Part shown: piece after piece, positions 9,940 to 18,872 of the stretch
How the letters are laid out: every line of letters begins with the position of its first letter
How positions within the stretch are numbered: position 1 is the stretch's first letter
Assembly: GCA_965202915.1 (NCBI GenBank)
Contig: OZ241847.1
Coordinates: 1,601,288-1,665,287, forward strand
DNA from: Gammaproteobacteria bacterium
GTDB lineage: Bacteria > Pseudomonadota > Gammaproteobacteria > Eutrophobiales > Eutrophobiaceae
Length of the DNA: 64,000 nucleotides
Direction of reading: 5' to 3'
The notes under the pieces: model-generated
The model's input: the letters and a program-made list of their open reading frames with translations, nothing else
What the model was told of the DNA's origin: nothing
Databases searched by the model: none
Position numbers and translations under genes: made by a program

Positions 9940-11637
9940 ATGACTGCATCAAGTAGGTACACCGAAGTAATTCCAGTTTCTCAGGTCGCTCTTAGGATAC
10001 CTGAAGGTGGCGATAATGATCGCTTCGATAAAATTGTGAAACAGATTCTGAGATGGATGGCCAAGCGGGCGGGCAAACCGCTTCCGGACCTTGCTTGGAA
10101 GGGTGAAACATTTGAAATTGAGGAGCCTGGTGCTCAAAGAGCCGCGGCAGTGCGAATGAATGATCCCCTTTATTGGACGGCAAGATTGGATGATGCAGAC
10201 AAAAACACACCCGGGCGTTCCTGGATTACAGAGGTCACAGTCGGCCGTAGCAAAGGTGGTGATGTACTCTTCGGCAGTAGGCTGATCTGCGCCTCAAGAG
10301 GCGAGCGGGAGCCTTTCACCCGTTCTATTCCTGGCTTCGTGCGCCAGGTGATCAGTAAGGGGGGCGTCTATTTAGATAACCGCCTGCTTACCGAGGAACC
10401 CTGGGTAGTAGGTGATGAAGATGGAGTAAAAAAGTTAGTGCAACTCCTCAAACTCTCCTCACGGCTTGCCGACGTCATCGTTGTATCTCTGCCCGAGAAA
10501 TCCGAGAATATTTCAGATGCGGCGATATCTGTGGAGAAATTGATTAAATCTGTCCTGGGTGGTGTTCATATTGCGGTGATCACTGGGCCAGCCGCTTATC
10601 ATTTAACACATTCCGTTGGTAAAGAATTTTCGGTTTTCCAAAAGTCCGTGAGAGTTTACCGGCCTGGCTTCGACCCCGAAAATGATGAAATATACATCCA
10701 TCCGCTGGGGTTGTGGCACCGAATAGAAACCTGGGACGAGCGGGGGCCATCAGCTTATCGGGAGTTTCTTGTCAATCGAACACTTGAACGCGGGCTTATC
10801 CGAAGGGATAGAAGGGATAGGGAAGATTACCTCCCTTCCTTTTTTGAAATCCGGAAAATGGCCGATGAGGACCGACTTAAGGCCGATGAGCGCCGACTTA
10901 AGGCCGATGAGCACCGACTTAAAGACACTAGAAGCTCAAGTATTTCTCTGTCTCTGTATAAGCGATTGGCTGAGGCTCGAGGGAAGATTATTGAGAAGCT
11001 CAAAAAAGATCGCATTAAAGAAAACAAAGACCGCGATGATCTTTACGAGTCTTGGTTGGAAAGCGAGGAACAGCAAAAAACCCAGGCCAAGGAGGAAAAT
11101 GCCGACCTAAAGCAACAGGTCAGGTCGCTCAAAGCCAGAGTAGATTACCAGCAAAGTGCCTTGCGGTCAGGAACTTATCGGGAAGATAATTTACCAGAGA
11201 ACTTTGATCAATTTGGCGAATGGTGTGAGAGGTATTTAGCCGGATCCGTCGTGGTCTTGAACCGGGTGTACGCGGAGTCAAGAGCAGCATATACGAGGAC
11301 AAGACGCTCATTTACAACGCACTCCTGCTTCTTCGCGATCACTATTTACCGTTTCGCCTGCAGAGAGGAAAGGATATCAAGAAAGGTTATGAAGAGGCAC
11401 GCACCGAATTAGAGCTTAAGGAAACCCGTACTATCACCAACCTTCGCGCCGGAGAGCAGCGAGAGGCTTACTTCGTGAAATTTGACGGCAAGAGACGCAA
11501 ATTGGAGCGGCACCTTAAGAAAGGGTCTGGCCGAGACCAGCGACATTGCTTTCGTCTCTACTTCTTCTATGATCAGGCAACGGAGCAAGTTGTCGTCGGC
11601 CACATGCCCGACCATCTGCCGACACGCGCCTCCTGAA
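9940..11637 (+). CDS. Hypothetical protein: a roughly 300-aa globular N-terminal region followed by a charged coiled-coil tail. It probably continues in another frame from about 11233 to 11637.
   Basis: Long ORF with 'RLKADE(R/H)RLKADE' repeats and a Lys/Glu-rich heptad region. The downstream frame from 11233 reads as plausible protein ('KTLIYNALLLLRDHYLPFRLQRGKDIKKGYEEARTELELKETRTITNLRAGEQREAYFVKFDG..') but has no start codon. No family was recognised. Confidence 0.45.
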
Positions 11638-11883
11638 ATTGGGAGTGTAAATATTTATTTTTTCAATTTTTTTGTCGGGAGCTCCTCGGTTCAACCTCAT
11701 GCTACCGGGTATATGATCTCCTGATCTATCTCATTGAGAAGTTTCATGTTGATATACCTGCGGGCTCGCGACGCGGTCGTGGACATGTGCCTTAATCTGG
11801 CCGCAACCAACATCAGAGCTGCGTTGCAATCCGGGAATACGCCCACAACTCTGGTTCTACCTGCCTGCCGGAAAAAGCAGCCA

Positions 11884-12200
11884 GGGCGCCTGTGCCTCCG
11901 CCGCTCGTGCCACCACCCAGGGCATTACCTTCCCATATCGCCGGCGGCGATACCGGACGTACCGCCAACGTGGACCCGCTCAACACTGCAAGCAAGCAAC
12001 CGGTGAAACCCTTCGCTAAAGTGTGTCTCTGTGCCAATGTGCCCAGTCACTGCCATACACTCTGAAATACGGCTCTCCATAGAATCCATCCGGCCTGATC
12101 GGTATGCATTTTCACATTCTTTTGACCACTATCAGCCGCTTTATGCCCCGATCATGATCTGCCTTCTTTGAAGAAAAGATGGTTTATAAGTACTATCCTT
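11884..12200. repeat. Island direct repeat, copy A (about 317 bp).
   Basis: About 80% identical to 14087-14385. Its 3' part ('gccccgatcatgatctgccttctttgaagaaaagatggtttataagtac') is also shared with 16365-16440. Confidence 0.8.
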
Positions 12201-12251
12201 TTCTTAACAACGGAATCTATTTGGTCTTAGACTAATATGAACCCTTACTAA

Positions 12252-13907
12252 ATGATGAAGATGGATAACTTGGAACAACGGGATCTATGTGGCAAAATTG
12301 AACCGCCCATAATCGCTATCGAGGAATCAGCGAATCGCCTGGGCGTCTCCACTGCGACAATTCGCAATTGGATAAAAACGAAATATTTGAAAAAGGCCGG
12401 AAAAGGAAAGATTACGCTGGAATCTTTGGAACAGTTTCAGTCTGATATTTCCGGAAGGGAAAAGTTGATTCAGCGGGCCAACAAGTCGCTTAAAGACTCG
12501 CATGATCACGAGGAAACTGTATCGGAGTTTCTCGGGCGCATTGCATCATCTGTCGAGTCGCCGGATGAGATTGGTATTGAATACGAATCGAGTTTATCAG
12601 ACTCCTATCGCAACAAAGAGGGAGTTTATTATACCCCTGACGACGTTGTTCGAGATTTATTTGCAATACCACACGTTGATATTCAAGATGCATCATTCTG
12701 TGATCCCTGTTGCGGTTCCGGGAACTTTGTTGTTCGCGCAATAGAGTTGGGGTTCGGACCGGAAAACATTTATGGGTATGACGTCGATCCGATTGCAGTC
12801 GAAATAACAAAGGCGAGAATTTATCAGGCCACCGGATACAAAAGTGAGAATATCAAGGTCGCCAATTTCTTAGACATAACATCCAGTCAAGAGACTCCAG
12901 GTTTTGATTACATATATACAAACCCACCGTGGGGCAAGAAGCTGGGGAAGGAAACACGAGAGCTAATCGGATTAAGGCTTGAGGCAGGAACCAGTATAGA
13001 CACTTGTTCGCTCTTCTTGTTTGCCTGTTTACAATGCCTTAAAGACAAAGGGATGCTTGGGTTACTTTTGCCTGAGTCTTTTTTCAATATTACTACTTTC
13101 CAGGATGCTCGGATTAAAGCTCTTCAGTTTTCCATTGAAAGACTGGTTGACTATGGAAAGGTATTTAAAGGTCTTGTAACAAAAGCACACGCAATAATTA
13201 TTAGAAAAGAAGTCGCTGATTCACATGCGAGAATCTTATGCGAGCTCACGGGCTCCATCCATAAGAGATCAATCGGATCATTTTTGTGCAATCCAAGGTC
13301 AATCCTGAATTTACATTGTAACGAAGAGAATGCGCTTACATTACAACATTTGATGTCAATCCCATTTATTACGCTAAAGGAGCAGGCGTCTTGGGGGCTG
13401 GGAATCGTTACAGGTAACAATAAAAAATTTATTAAAACTCTTCCTGAAAGCGGGTATATTCCCGTTCACAAAGGCGCTGATATTTCGAATGGAAGATTGA
13501 AAGAAGCCAGTAGCTTTATCCCATCGGATATGAATTTATATCAGCAGGTAGCACAACTTCGGCTATATAAAGCAAGGGAAAAACTGATCTATAAGTTTAT
13601 ATCCTCGAGACTTTGCTTTTTTTATGACGATCAGCAAAGGTTTGTTCTTAACAGTGCAAATATGCTGATTCCCGATGATGCCTTTCCGGTTTCCACTAAA
13701 GTTCTCGGTGAACTCTTGAGCAGTGATTTTATGAATTGGTTGTTTTCCGGCATTTTCAAAACACACAAAATACTAAGGGGCGATTTAGAGTCACTTCCGA
13801 TTCACAGTCAGTTCCTCAAAGATGTATCCGGCTTCGATGAGGAAAGCTACCTCCAACAACTTAACATAGAGAGAGGGGACAATGGAACTTACCGAATTAA
13901 GAGATAG
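12252..13907 (+). CDS. Gamma-class N6-adenine DNA methyltransferase with an N-terminal HTH domain and a C-terminal target-recognition region (Eco57I/TaqI-like N6_Mtase).
   Basis: HTH 'LGVSTATIRNWIK'. Motif I 'DPCCGSGNF'. Motif IV 'NPPWG'. An extra C-terminal region of about 200 aa. Confidence 0.85.
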   Translation: MMKMDNLEQRDLCGKIEPPIIAIEESANRLGVSTATIRNWIKTKYLKKAGKGKITLESLEQFQSDISGREKLIQRANKSLKDSHDHEETVSEFLGRIASSVESPDEIGIEYESSLSDSYRNKEGVYYTPDDVVRDLFAIPHVDIQDASFCDPCCGSGNFVVRAIELGFGPENIYGYDVDPIAVEITKARIYQATGYKSENIKVANFLDITSSQETPGFDYIYTNPPWGKKLGKETRELIGLRLEAGTSIDTCSLFLFACLQCLKDKGMLGLLLPESFFNITTFQDARIKALQFSIERLVDYGKVFKGLVTKAHAIIIRKEVADSHARILCELTGSIHKRSIGSFLCNPRSILNLHCNEENALTLQHLMSIPFITLKEQASWGLGIVTGNNKKFIKTLPESGYIPVHKGADISNGRLKEASSFIPSDMNLYQQVAQLRLYKAREKLIYKFISSRLCFFYDDQQRFVLNSANMLIPDDAFPVSTKVLGELLSSDFMNWLFSGIFKTHKILRGDLESLPIHSQFLKDVSGFDEESYLQQLNIERGDNGTYRIKR

Positions 13908-14086
13908 AATCATTGCCTCATTCACCGGATCGAAAAGTGATCTGGCAGATATTTTAGCGATGCCAGAGAGAGCTGGCCATATTTACGTTTAATGAATATG
14001 AGCACTGAGTCAGAGTATCCTTGATCTATTTCGGTTATTAGTTGTCCTTAGCTTACGTTGCCTTTTATCGCCCGCCTTGTTGCCCT

Positions 14087-14385
14087 GGCGCCCAGACCCA
14101 AGACACCAGCTTCCCATCCCGTCGTCGGCGATACTAGATGTACGGCCGGCATAGAACTGCTCAACATCTGCAAGGAAGCAACCGTTGAAACCCATCGATA
14201 ACGTGTCTCTCTGTGCCAACGCGATCAGTCACTATCAAACAATCTAAAATACTGCTCTCCAAAGCATCCATCCGGCCCAATCGGGACTCATTTTCACAGC
14301 CTTTTGAACATTATCAGCCGCTCTATGCCCCGATCATTATCCGCCTTCCTTGAAGAAAAGGTGGTTTATAAGTACCATTCTTGAA
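14087..14385. repeat. Island direct repeat, copy B (about 300 bp).
   Basis: Homologous to copy A and to copy C. Confidence 0.8.
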
Positions 14386-14428
14386 GGCGTTATGAGCAAA
14401 AAAGCAAAATCGCACATCGGAGTAGTTT

Positions 14429-15073
14429 TTGTGTATTTGTATAATGAAAGAATTAATAAAAAACATAGAAGCGTTAGCGGATACTTATTCTTTAAATCTT
14501 AAAACAAAGATTGAGGACAGGAAACGAGAAATGGAAGAGGATGATAATTCTCATTATTTGATTTATCGGGTTCTTGGAATAACAAATGAAGAGGGGAAAC
14601 TAATTGATTCATATCAAAATACAGGACGTTTTTTATATAAATACGCAGGCTCATTTTTAGAAGAAGCTGCAACGTATTGCTTTAAGTTTAAATATTCAGA
14701 AGGAGAAAAAAGAAAGATACCGAATACAGAAGGAGTCAGACCTAAAACATTTGAGATTGATTTTCTAAATGATACTGATGCCATTGAAATTAAATGGAGA
14801 GATGCAACAACCGATGGAGACCACATTACTAAAGAACATTCAAGGGTTCAAACAATAAAAGCGAAAGGATTCAAGCCTATTCGGGTTATGTTTTATTATC
14901 CGCAAAGAGCTCAAGCGATTAAAATACAGGACACCCTGAAAACCTTATATGCGGGAGTAGGCGGAGAATACTATGCTGGTAATAATGCATGGAATTTTGT
15001 TAAGGATTACACAGGTGTTGATCTGAAAGGTATTCTTATGAAAATTGCTGAGAAAAAGACTAAATCTGAATAA
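14429..15073 (+). CDS. Putative type II restriction endonuclease, partner of the downstream methyltransferase.
   Basis: Very AT-rich. Its stop overlaps the methyltransferase start (TAATG). Possible PD-(D/E)xK-like segment 'FEIDFLNDTDAIEIKW'. No family recognised. Confidence 0.45.
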   Translation: MCICIMKELIKNIEALADTYSLNLKTKIEDRKREMEEDDNSHYLIYRVLGITNEEGKLIDSYQNTGRFLYKYAGSFLEEAATYCFKFKYSEGEKRKIPNTEGVRPKTFEIDFLNDTDAIEIKWRDATTDGDHITKEHSRVQTIKAKGFKPIRVMFYYPQRAQAIKIQDTLKTLYAGVGGEYYAGNNAWNFVKDYTGVDLKGILMKIAEKKTKSE

Positions 15074-16302
15074 TGGAACTGAACAAAATATATAATGGCG
15101 ACTGTTGTGAGGTTTTAAAGGATTGTAATTCAGAGTCTGTAGATTTAGTATATCTTGACCCTCCTTTCTTTACACAAAGAGAACATTCTTTAAAAACAAG
15201 GGATAATTCCATAGAATACAAATTTGATGATAAATGGGATTCAATCAATAACTATATTAAGCTTATAAAAAGTGTTGTATCAGAATGTAAAAGGATTCTA
15301 AAACCTACAGGCTCAATATTTTTGCATTGTGATAAAATAGCTTCTCACTATATCCGTGTTGCGTTAGATGAAGTTTTCGGAATGAATAATTTTCAAAGCG
15401 AAATAATCTGGAATTATAAACGCTGGTCGAATTCAAAAAAAGGTCTATTAAACTCGCATCAAGTGATTTACTTTTATTCGAAGTCCAGCAAATTTAAGTT
15501 CAATCAATTATATACCGATTACTCTCCGACCACAAATATTGACCAAATATTACAAGAGCGTCAAAGAGATAAAAATGGTAAATCTGTTTATAAAAAAGAT
15601 GAAAAAGGAAATATGGTATTTGCAAAAGAAAAGAAAGGGGTACCGCTATCCGATGTTTGGGATATTCCATATTTGAACCCAAAAGCAAAAGAAAGGGTTG
15701 GTTACCCGACACAAAAACCAGTTTCATTGTTGCAGCAAATAATAAAAATTTCTACAGAAGAAAATGACCTGGTGATAGACCCATTTTGTGGTAGTGGAAC
15801 AGCTTGCGTTGCGGCTAAGACTTTAAATAGAAACTATTTAGGAATAGATAAATCAAAAAACGCTGTTGAGTTGGCAAACAAACGACTTGAAGAGCTGATT
15901 GTGACTGATTCAAACTTACTGAAAAAGGGTGCAGATAGTTATATAGCAAAATCCGATAAAGAATTAGGCTTATTAAAAGCAATTGGAGCAGTTCCCGTTC
16001 AAAGAAATGCCGGGATTGATGGATTTTTAAAAGAACAGATTAATGGAAAGCCTATTCCTGTTCGAATACAGAAGGATTTTGAGACGCTGGATGATACTAT
16101 TAGGGCATTGGACGGCTCAACACAGGCAAGGAAATCAGACGTGAAAATAATTATTCAAACAAATGACACTCGTGGATTATTCCAGTTAAATACGAATGCG
16201 GTTATTTTGCCTTCAAATGAATTGATTATTAAGGAAAAATTACAGCGCATAACAATGTATATAAATAATGGTGGTGATTTACAGAAGATTGGAAAATTGT
16301 AG
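15073..16302 (+). CDS. Beta-class DNA methyltransferase (N6A/N4C) with an extra C-terminal domain.
   Basis: Motif IV 'LDPPF', then motif I 'DPFCGSGTACVAA', plus about 150 additional C-terminal residues. Confidence 0.85.
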   Translation: MELNKIYNGDCCEVLKDCNSESVDLVYLDPPFFTQREHSLKTRDNSIEYKFDDKWDSINNYIKLIKSVVSECKRILKPTGSIFLHCDKIASHYIRVALDEVFGMNNFQSEIIWNYKRWSNSKKGLLNSHQVIYFYSKSSKFKFNQLYTDYSPTTNIDQILQERQRDKNGKSVYKKDEKGNMVFAKEKKGVPLSDVWDIPYLNPKAKERVGYPTQKPVSLLQQIIKISTEENDLVIDPFCGSGTACVAAKTLNRNYLGIDKSKNAVELANKRLEELIVTDSNLLKKGADSYIAKSDKELGLLKAIGAVPVQRNAGIDGFLKEQINGKPIPVRIQKDFETLDDTIRALDGSTQARKSDVKIIIQTNDTRGLFQLNTNAVILPSNELIIKEKLQRITMYINNGGDLQKIGKL

Positions 16303-16364
16303 TCCACATGAGAGTTATTGGTGTTTTGATAGTTATTTCCACGTAATCCACCGCTATCCATATA

Positions 16365-16440
16365 CTATCAGTTGCTCTCTGCCCCGATCATTACCTGCTC
16401 TCCTTGAAGAAAAGATAGTTTATAAGTACTATCCTTCGGC
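16365..16440. repeat. Island direct repeat, copy C (about 76 bp, 3' core only).
   Basis: 'ctgccccgatcattacctgctctccttgaagaaaagatagtttataagtactatcc' matches the 3' ends of copies A and B. Confidence 0.75.
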
Positions 16441-16513
16441 GTCGTGTGCTGGCCCTGCGCAGTTTTAAACAGCTTTAAGGTACTGGTGTTCTCGTTGTTT
16501 TTTTACTGCCAGT

Positions 16514-17491
16514 TCAACCAAATAAACTTGTTTGAATTGTGGCTTCGTTTTGGATGACTGGTTTCCTGGAAAGAATCTTTTTAACCATGCCGGACCGGTT
16601 TTTGCGTTCGATTATGGTTATGTCTTTTTGTTCTCTGATTAATTGTCTATTTAGGTCGTATTTTGGACTACCGGAATTTTTATTATTGTCATAAATAACT
16701 GCTCTTGGAATAGCGTAATTTAAAGCATATTCCATTGCCAACCTTGAACCGCTGTCATTTCCCCGGTCGTTTTTGGCATAGCTCGCTGAAAGGATAATAC
16801 AGTCACTAAAGAGGGCTTGTAATCTGTCACGTTCCTGGTATCTGCTACTTAATTCCATTTTTGATTTTGTTTCATCATAATACTCACTAATCAATAGTCC
16901 GTTTTTCTGAACTATTTCGTTTGCAAGTTCTTTGTTTGCTCCCGGCATAATGTTGTTTGAAGGACCTGGTAGAATTGCAATTGTTTTACCATTGGAATCC
17001 AACGTCTGCCTATGTGCAATTGTGTCGCAACCCAAGGCAAGACCACTGACAATAGTGGCACCATTTTTAACCAATTCATCTACAATTTCCCTTTCAATAA
17101 TTTCAGTGTCGGGGTCGGGATTAAGAAGTCCAATAACCGCTATGTTTTTACTTGAAGCCTTTAATAAACTCAGGTCGCCACAATAGAACAAAAAAACCGG
17201 CTGCTCACTGTTTTTAATGTTTCCCCTGTAAGGGGGAAAATTTGAATCACCAATGGCAATAAGCCCGTCTGTAAAACCATCTAAATTTTTCAAATTCTCT
17301 TGAAGTCTTGTTTTATCTCTTTCAAACCTTTCAAAGGTAATTGGATGATCTTCTTTTGAATCTTTGTTCAAAAGCGATACGATAGTATTAACACTTTCGT
17401 TTCCTTCCAGATTTTTGATTATCCAGGCCCTGCCAATACCTTTGTAGTTTTTGGCGGCAAGGACGTTTAGTGCGTTCTCTGTATAAATCAC
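16514..17491 (-). CDS. DprA/Smf-like DNA-processing protein paralog (SAM-like N-domain plus Rossmann domain, no C-terminal winged helix).
   Basis: 'GDSNFPPYRGNIKNSEQPVFLFYCGDL' resembles the DprA 'YP..L..PP.LF..G' segment. 'NIAVIGLLNPD..ATIVSGLALGCDTIAHRQTL..GKTIAILPGP' is the Rossmann-fold core. The gene is AT-rich and lies inside the island. Confidence 0.6.
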   Translation of the reverse strand: MIYTENALNVLAAKNYKGIGRAWIIKNLEGNESVNTIVSLLNKDSKEDHPITFERFERDKTRLQENLKNLDGFTDGLIAIGDSNFPPYRGNIKNSEQPVFLFYCGDLSLLKASSKNIAVIGLLNPDPDTEIIEREIVDELVKNGATIVSGLALGCDTIAHRQTLDSNGKTIAILPGPSNNIMPGANKELANEIVQKNGLLISEYYDETKSKMELSSRYQERDRLQALFSDCIILSASYAKNDRGNDSGSRLAMEYALNYAIPRAVIYDNNKNSGSPKYDLNRQLIREQKDITIIERKNRSGMVKKILSRKPVIQNEATIQTSLFG

Positions 17492-17657
17492 GTCTTTACT
17501 TTTTCTTGTTTAATATGGAGACCGACGAGTTTTACCAACTACAAAAAAAGAAACAGACCTTGCTCCATTTCCCATTGGATTCGATTGTAAATCTGTTCAT
17601 ATTTGCAGAGTAAATCCTCCGGGTGTGTCGGAATCAAAACCTGACCGCGCTGTATAT

Positions 17658-18014
17658 TCAGTCTCCCCGATATATACAGCCGGAGGTACAGGTTTCTTTG
17701 ATTATAATGGAAGATAACTGCGGTAAATCGGGTTTGAGGCGGGCCCAAATCCAAGCCGCTAAATTTTCACAGGTTGGATTTTCCAATCCCTCAATATCAT
17801 TTAAATAACGATGATCCAGCTGATCATGGATGGGCTTAAAATGTTGATCAAGCTCGGCGAAATCCATGATCCAGCCGGATGGTTTCCCCGGCTCATCGGT
17901 CACGTGAATCTCTATGCAGAATGAGTGGCCATGCAGGCGTCGGCATTTGTGATCTTCAGGCACGTTGGGCAGCATATGGGCCGCCTCTATGGTGAATATT
18001 TTGAATATTTCCAT
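17658..18014 (-). CDS. queD: 6-carboxy-5,6,7,8-tetrahydropterin synthase (QueD).
   Basis: '[13 protein letters not shown]' zinc/catalytic motifs and a length of about 118 aa, counted from the internal Met 'MEIFK'. Confidence 0.85.
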   Translation of the reverse strand: MEIFKIFTIEAAHMLPNVPEDHKCRRLHGHSFCIEIHVTDEPGKPSGWIMDFAELDQHFKPIHDQLDHRYLNDIEGLENPTCENLAAWIWARLKPDLPQLSSIIIKETCTSGCIYRGD

Positions 18015-18024
18015 GGTATGGATT

Positions 18025-18864
18025 TTAGTCCTGACTTGATACCTTGTACTGCTGATATAGCTGGTTGACTTTCTCCCATAATGCTCCCGGCTTGCCGCTG
18101 TCACCGATCCGGTCGTCATCCAGTTGTACGACGGGTACGATCCCCCGTGTGGAGCTGGTCACCCAAATTTCATCCGCGTCCCTCAATTCCCGCTCCACTA
18201 TGTCGGTTTCTTCATATTTAATGCCGGCGGTATCCAGTAATTTCAATACTAAATCACGGGTTACGCCCGGCAGTACTCCGTTGGTTTTTTGCGGGGTCTT
18301 AACAAGATCATCGCACACTATAAAGACGTTACTTGCGGCGCCTTCCGACACTTTCCCAGCGCGCGTTAATATCGCCTCCTGGGCGCCTTTTAATTTCGCA
18401 CGATGACGCAATATGACGTTGGGCAATAAAGTGATGGCCTTGATGTTACAGTAATCCCATCTAATATCCTGATGGACGATTGCTTTAATCCCCTCCGCAT
18501 AATTCTTTTTCGAGACCGGAAAACACATTGCCAATACGGTGGGTCGTTCACATATATCAATGTCGTAATCGCGTTTGGAAATACCGCGACTGATCTGTAC
18601 GTAAATGGTTTGTTGCCCGTCTTTGTCTTTTACCAGGGTATGAAAAATCTTTTCCCACTGCCGGTGATTTAACGGGTTATCGATATAAATATTGCGAAGA
18701 CTGTTGTCCAGTCGCCGTAAATGTTCTTTCAGTCCGAGTATTTTTTTATCAAAAACGGGGATGATTTCATAGACGCCGTCGGCAAACATAAATCCTCTAT
18801 CCATTACGTTGATATTAGCCTGCTCCGGCGGCACGTACTCGCCGTTCAAATATACGGTTGACAT
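18025..18864 (-). CDS. Class IV aminotransferase (D-amino-acid aminotransferase or aminodeoxychorismate-lyase family).
   Basis: Fold-type IV PLP-enzyme length and motifs. It lies in the cell-wall gene cluster. Confidence 0.7.
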   Translation of the reverse strand: MSTVYLNGEYVPPEQANINVMDRGFMFADGVYEIIPVFDKKILGLKEHLRRLDNSLRNIYIDNPLNHRQWEKIFHTLVKDKDGQQTIYVQISRGISKRDYDIDICERPTVLAMCFPVSKKNYAEGIKAIVHQDIRWDYCNIKAITLLPNVILRHRAKLKGAQEAILTRAGKVSEGAASNVFIVCDDLVKTPQKTNGVLPGVTRDLVLKLLDTAGIKYEETDIVERELRDADEIWVTSSTRGIVPVVQLDDDRIGDSGKPGALWEKVNQLYQQYKVSSQD

Positions 18865-18872
18865 TGCGGCGC

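Noticed and set aside
11813-14219. Minus-strand ORFs starting 'MAQR(H/D)TL..GF.GC' inside direct repeats A and B considered as a conserved small gene
   Set aside because: The two translations diverge completely after about 20 residues, although the DNA is about 80% identical. The conservation is at the nucleotide level, not the protein level.
16514-17491. DprA-like protein considered as a Thoeris ThsA-like SLOG effector
   Set aside because: There is no SIR2 or TM N-domain. The N-terminus instead looks like the DprA SAM-like domain. No TIR-domain ThsB partner is present in the island.
17658-18119. queD considered as part of a 7-deazaguanine DNA-modification (Dpd-type) cluster together with the island
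   Set aside because: Only a lone queD is present. No dpdA-like transglycosylase, ParB-like protein, queC, queE or folE is nearby. queD has core-like GC, so it reads as housekeeping queuosine biosynthesis.
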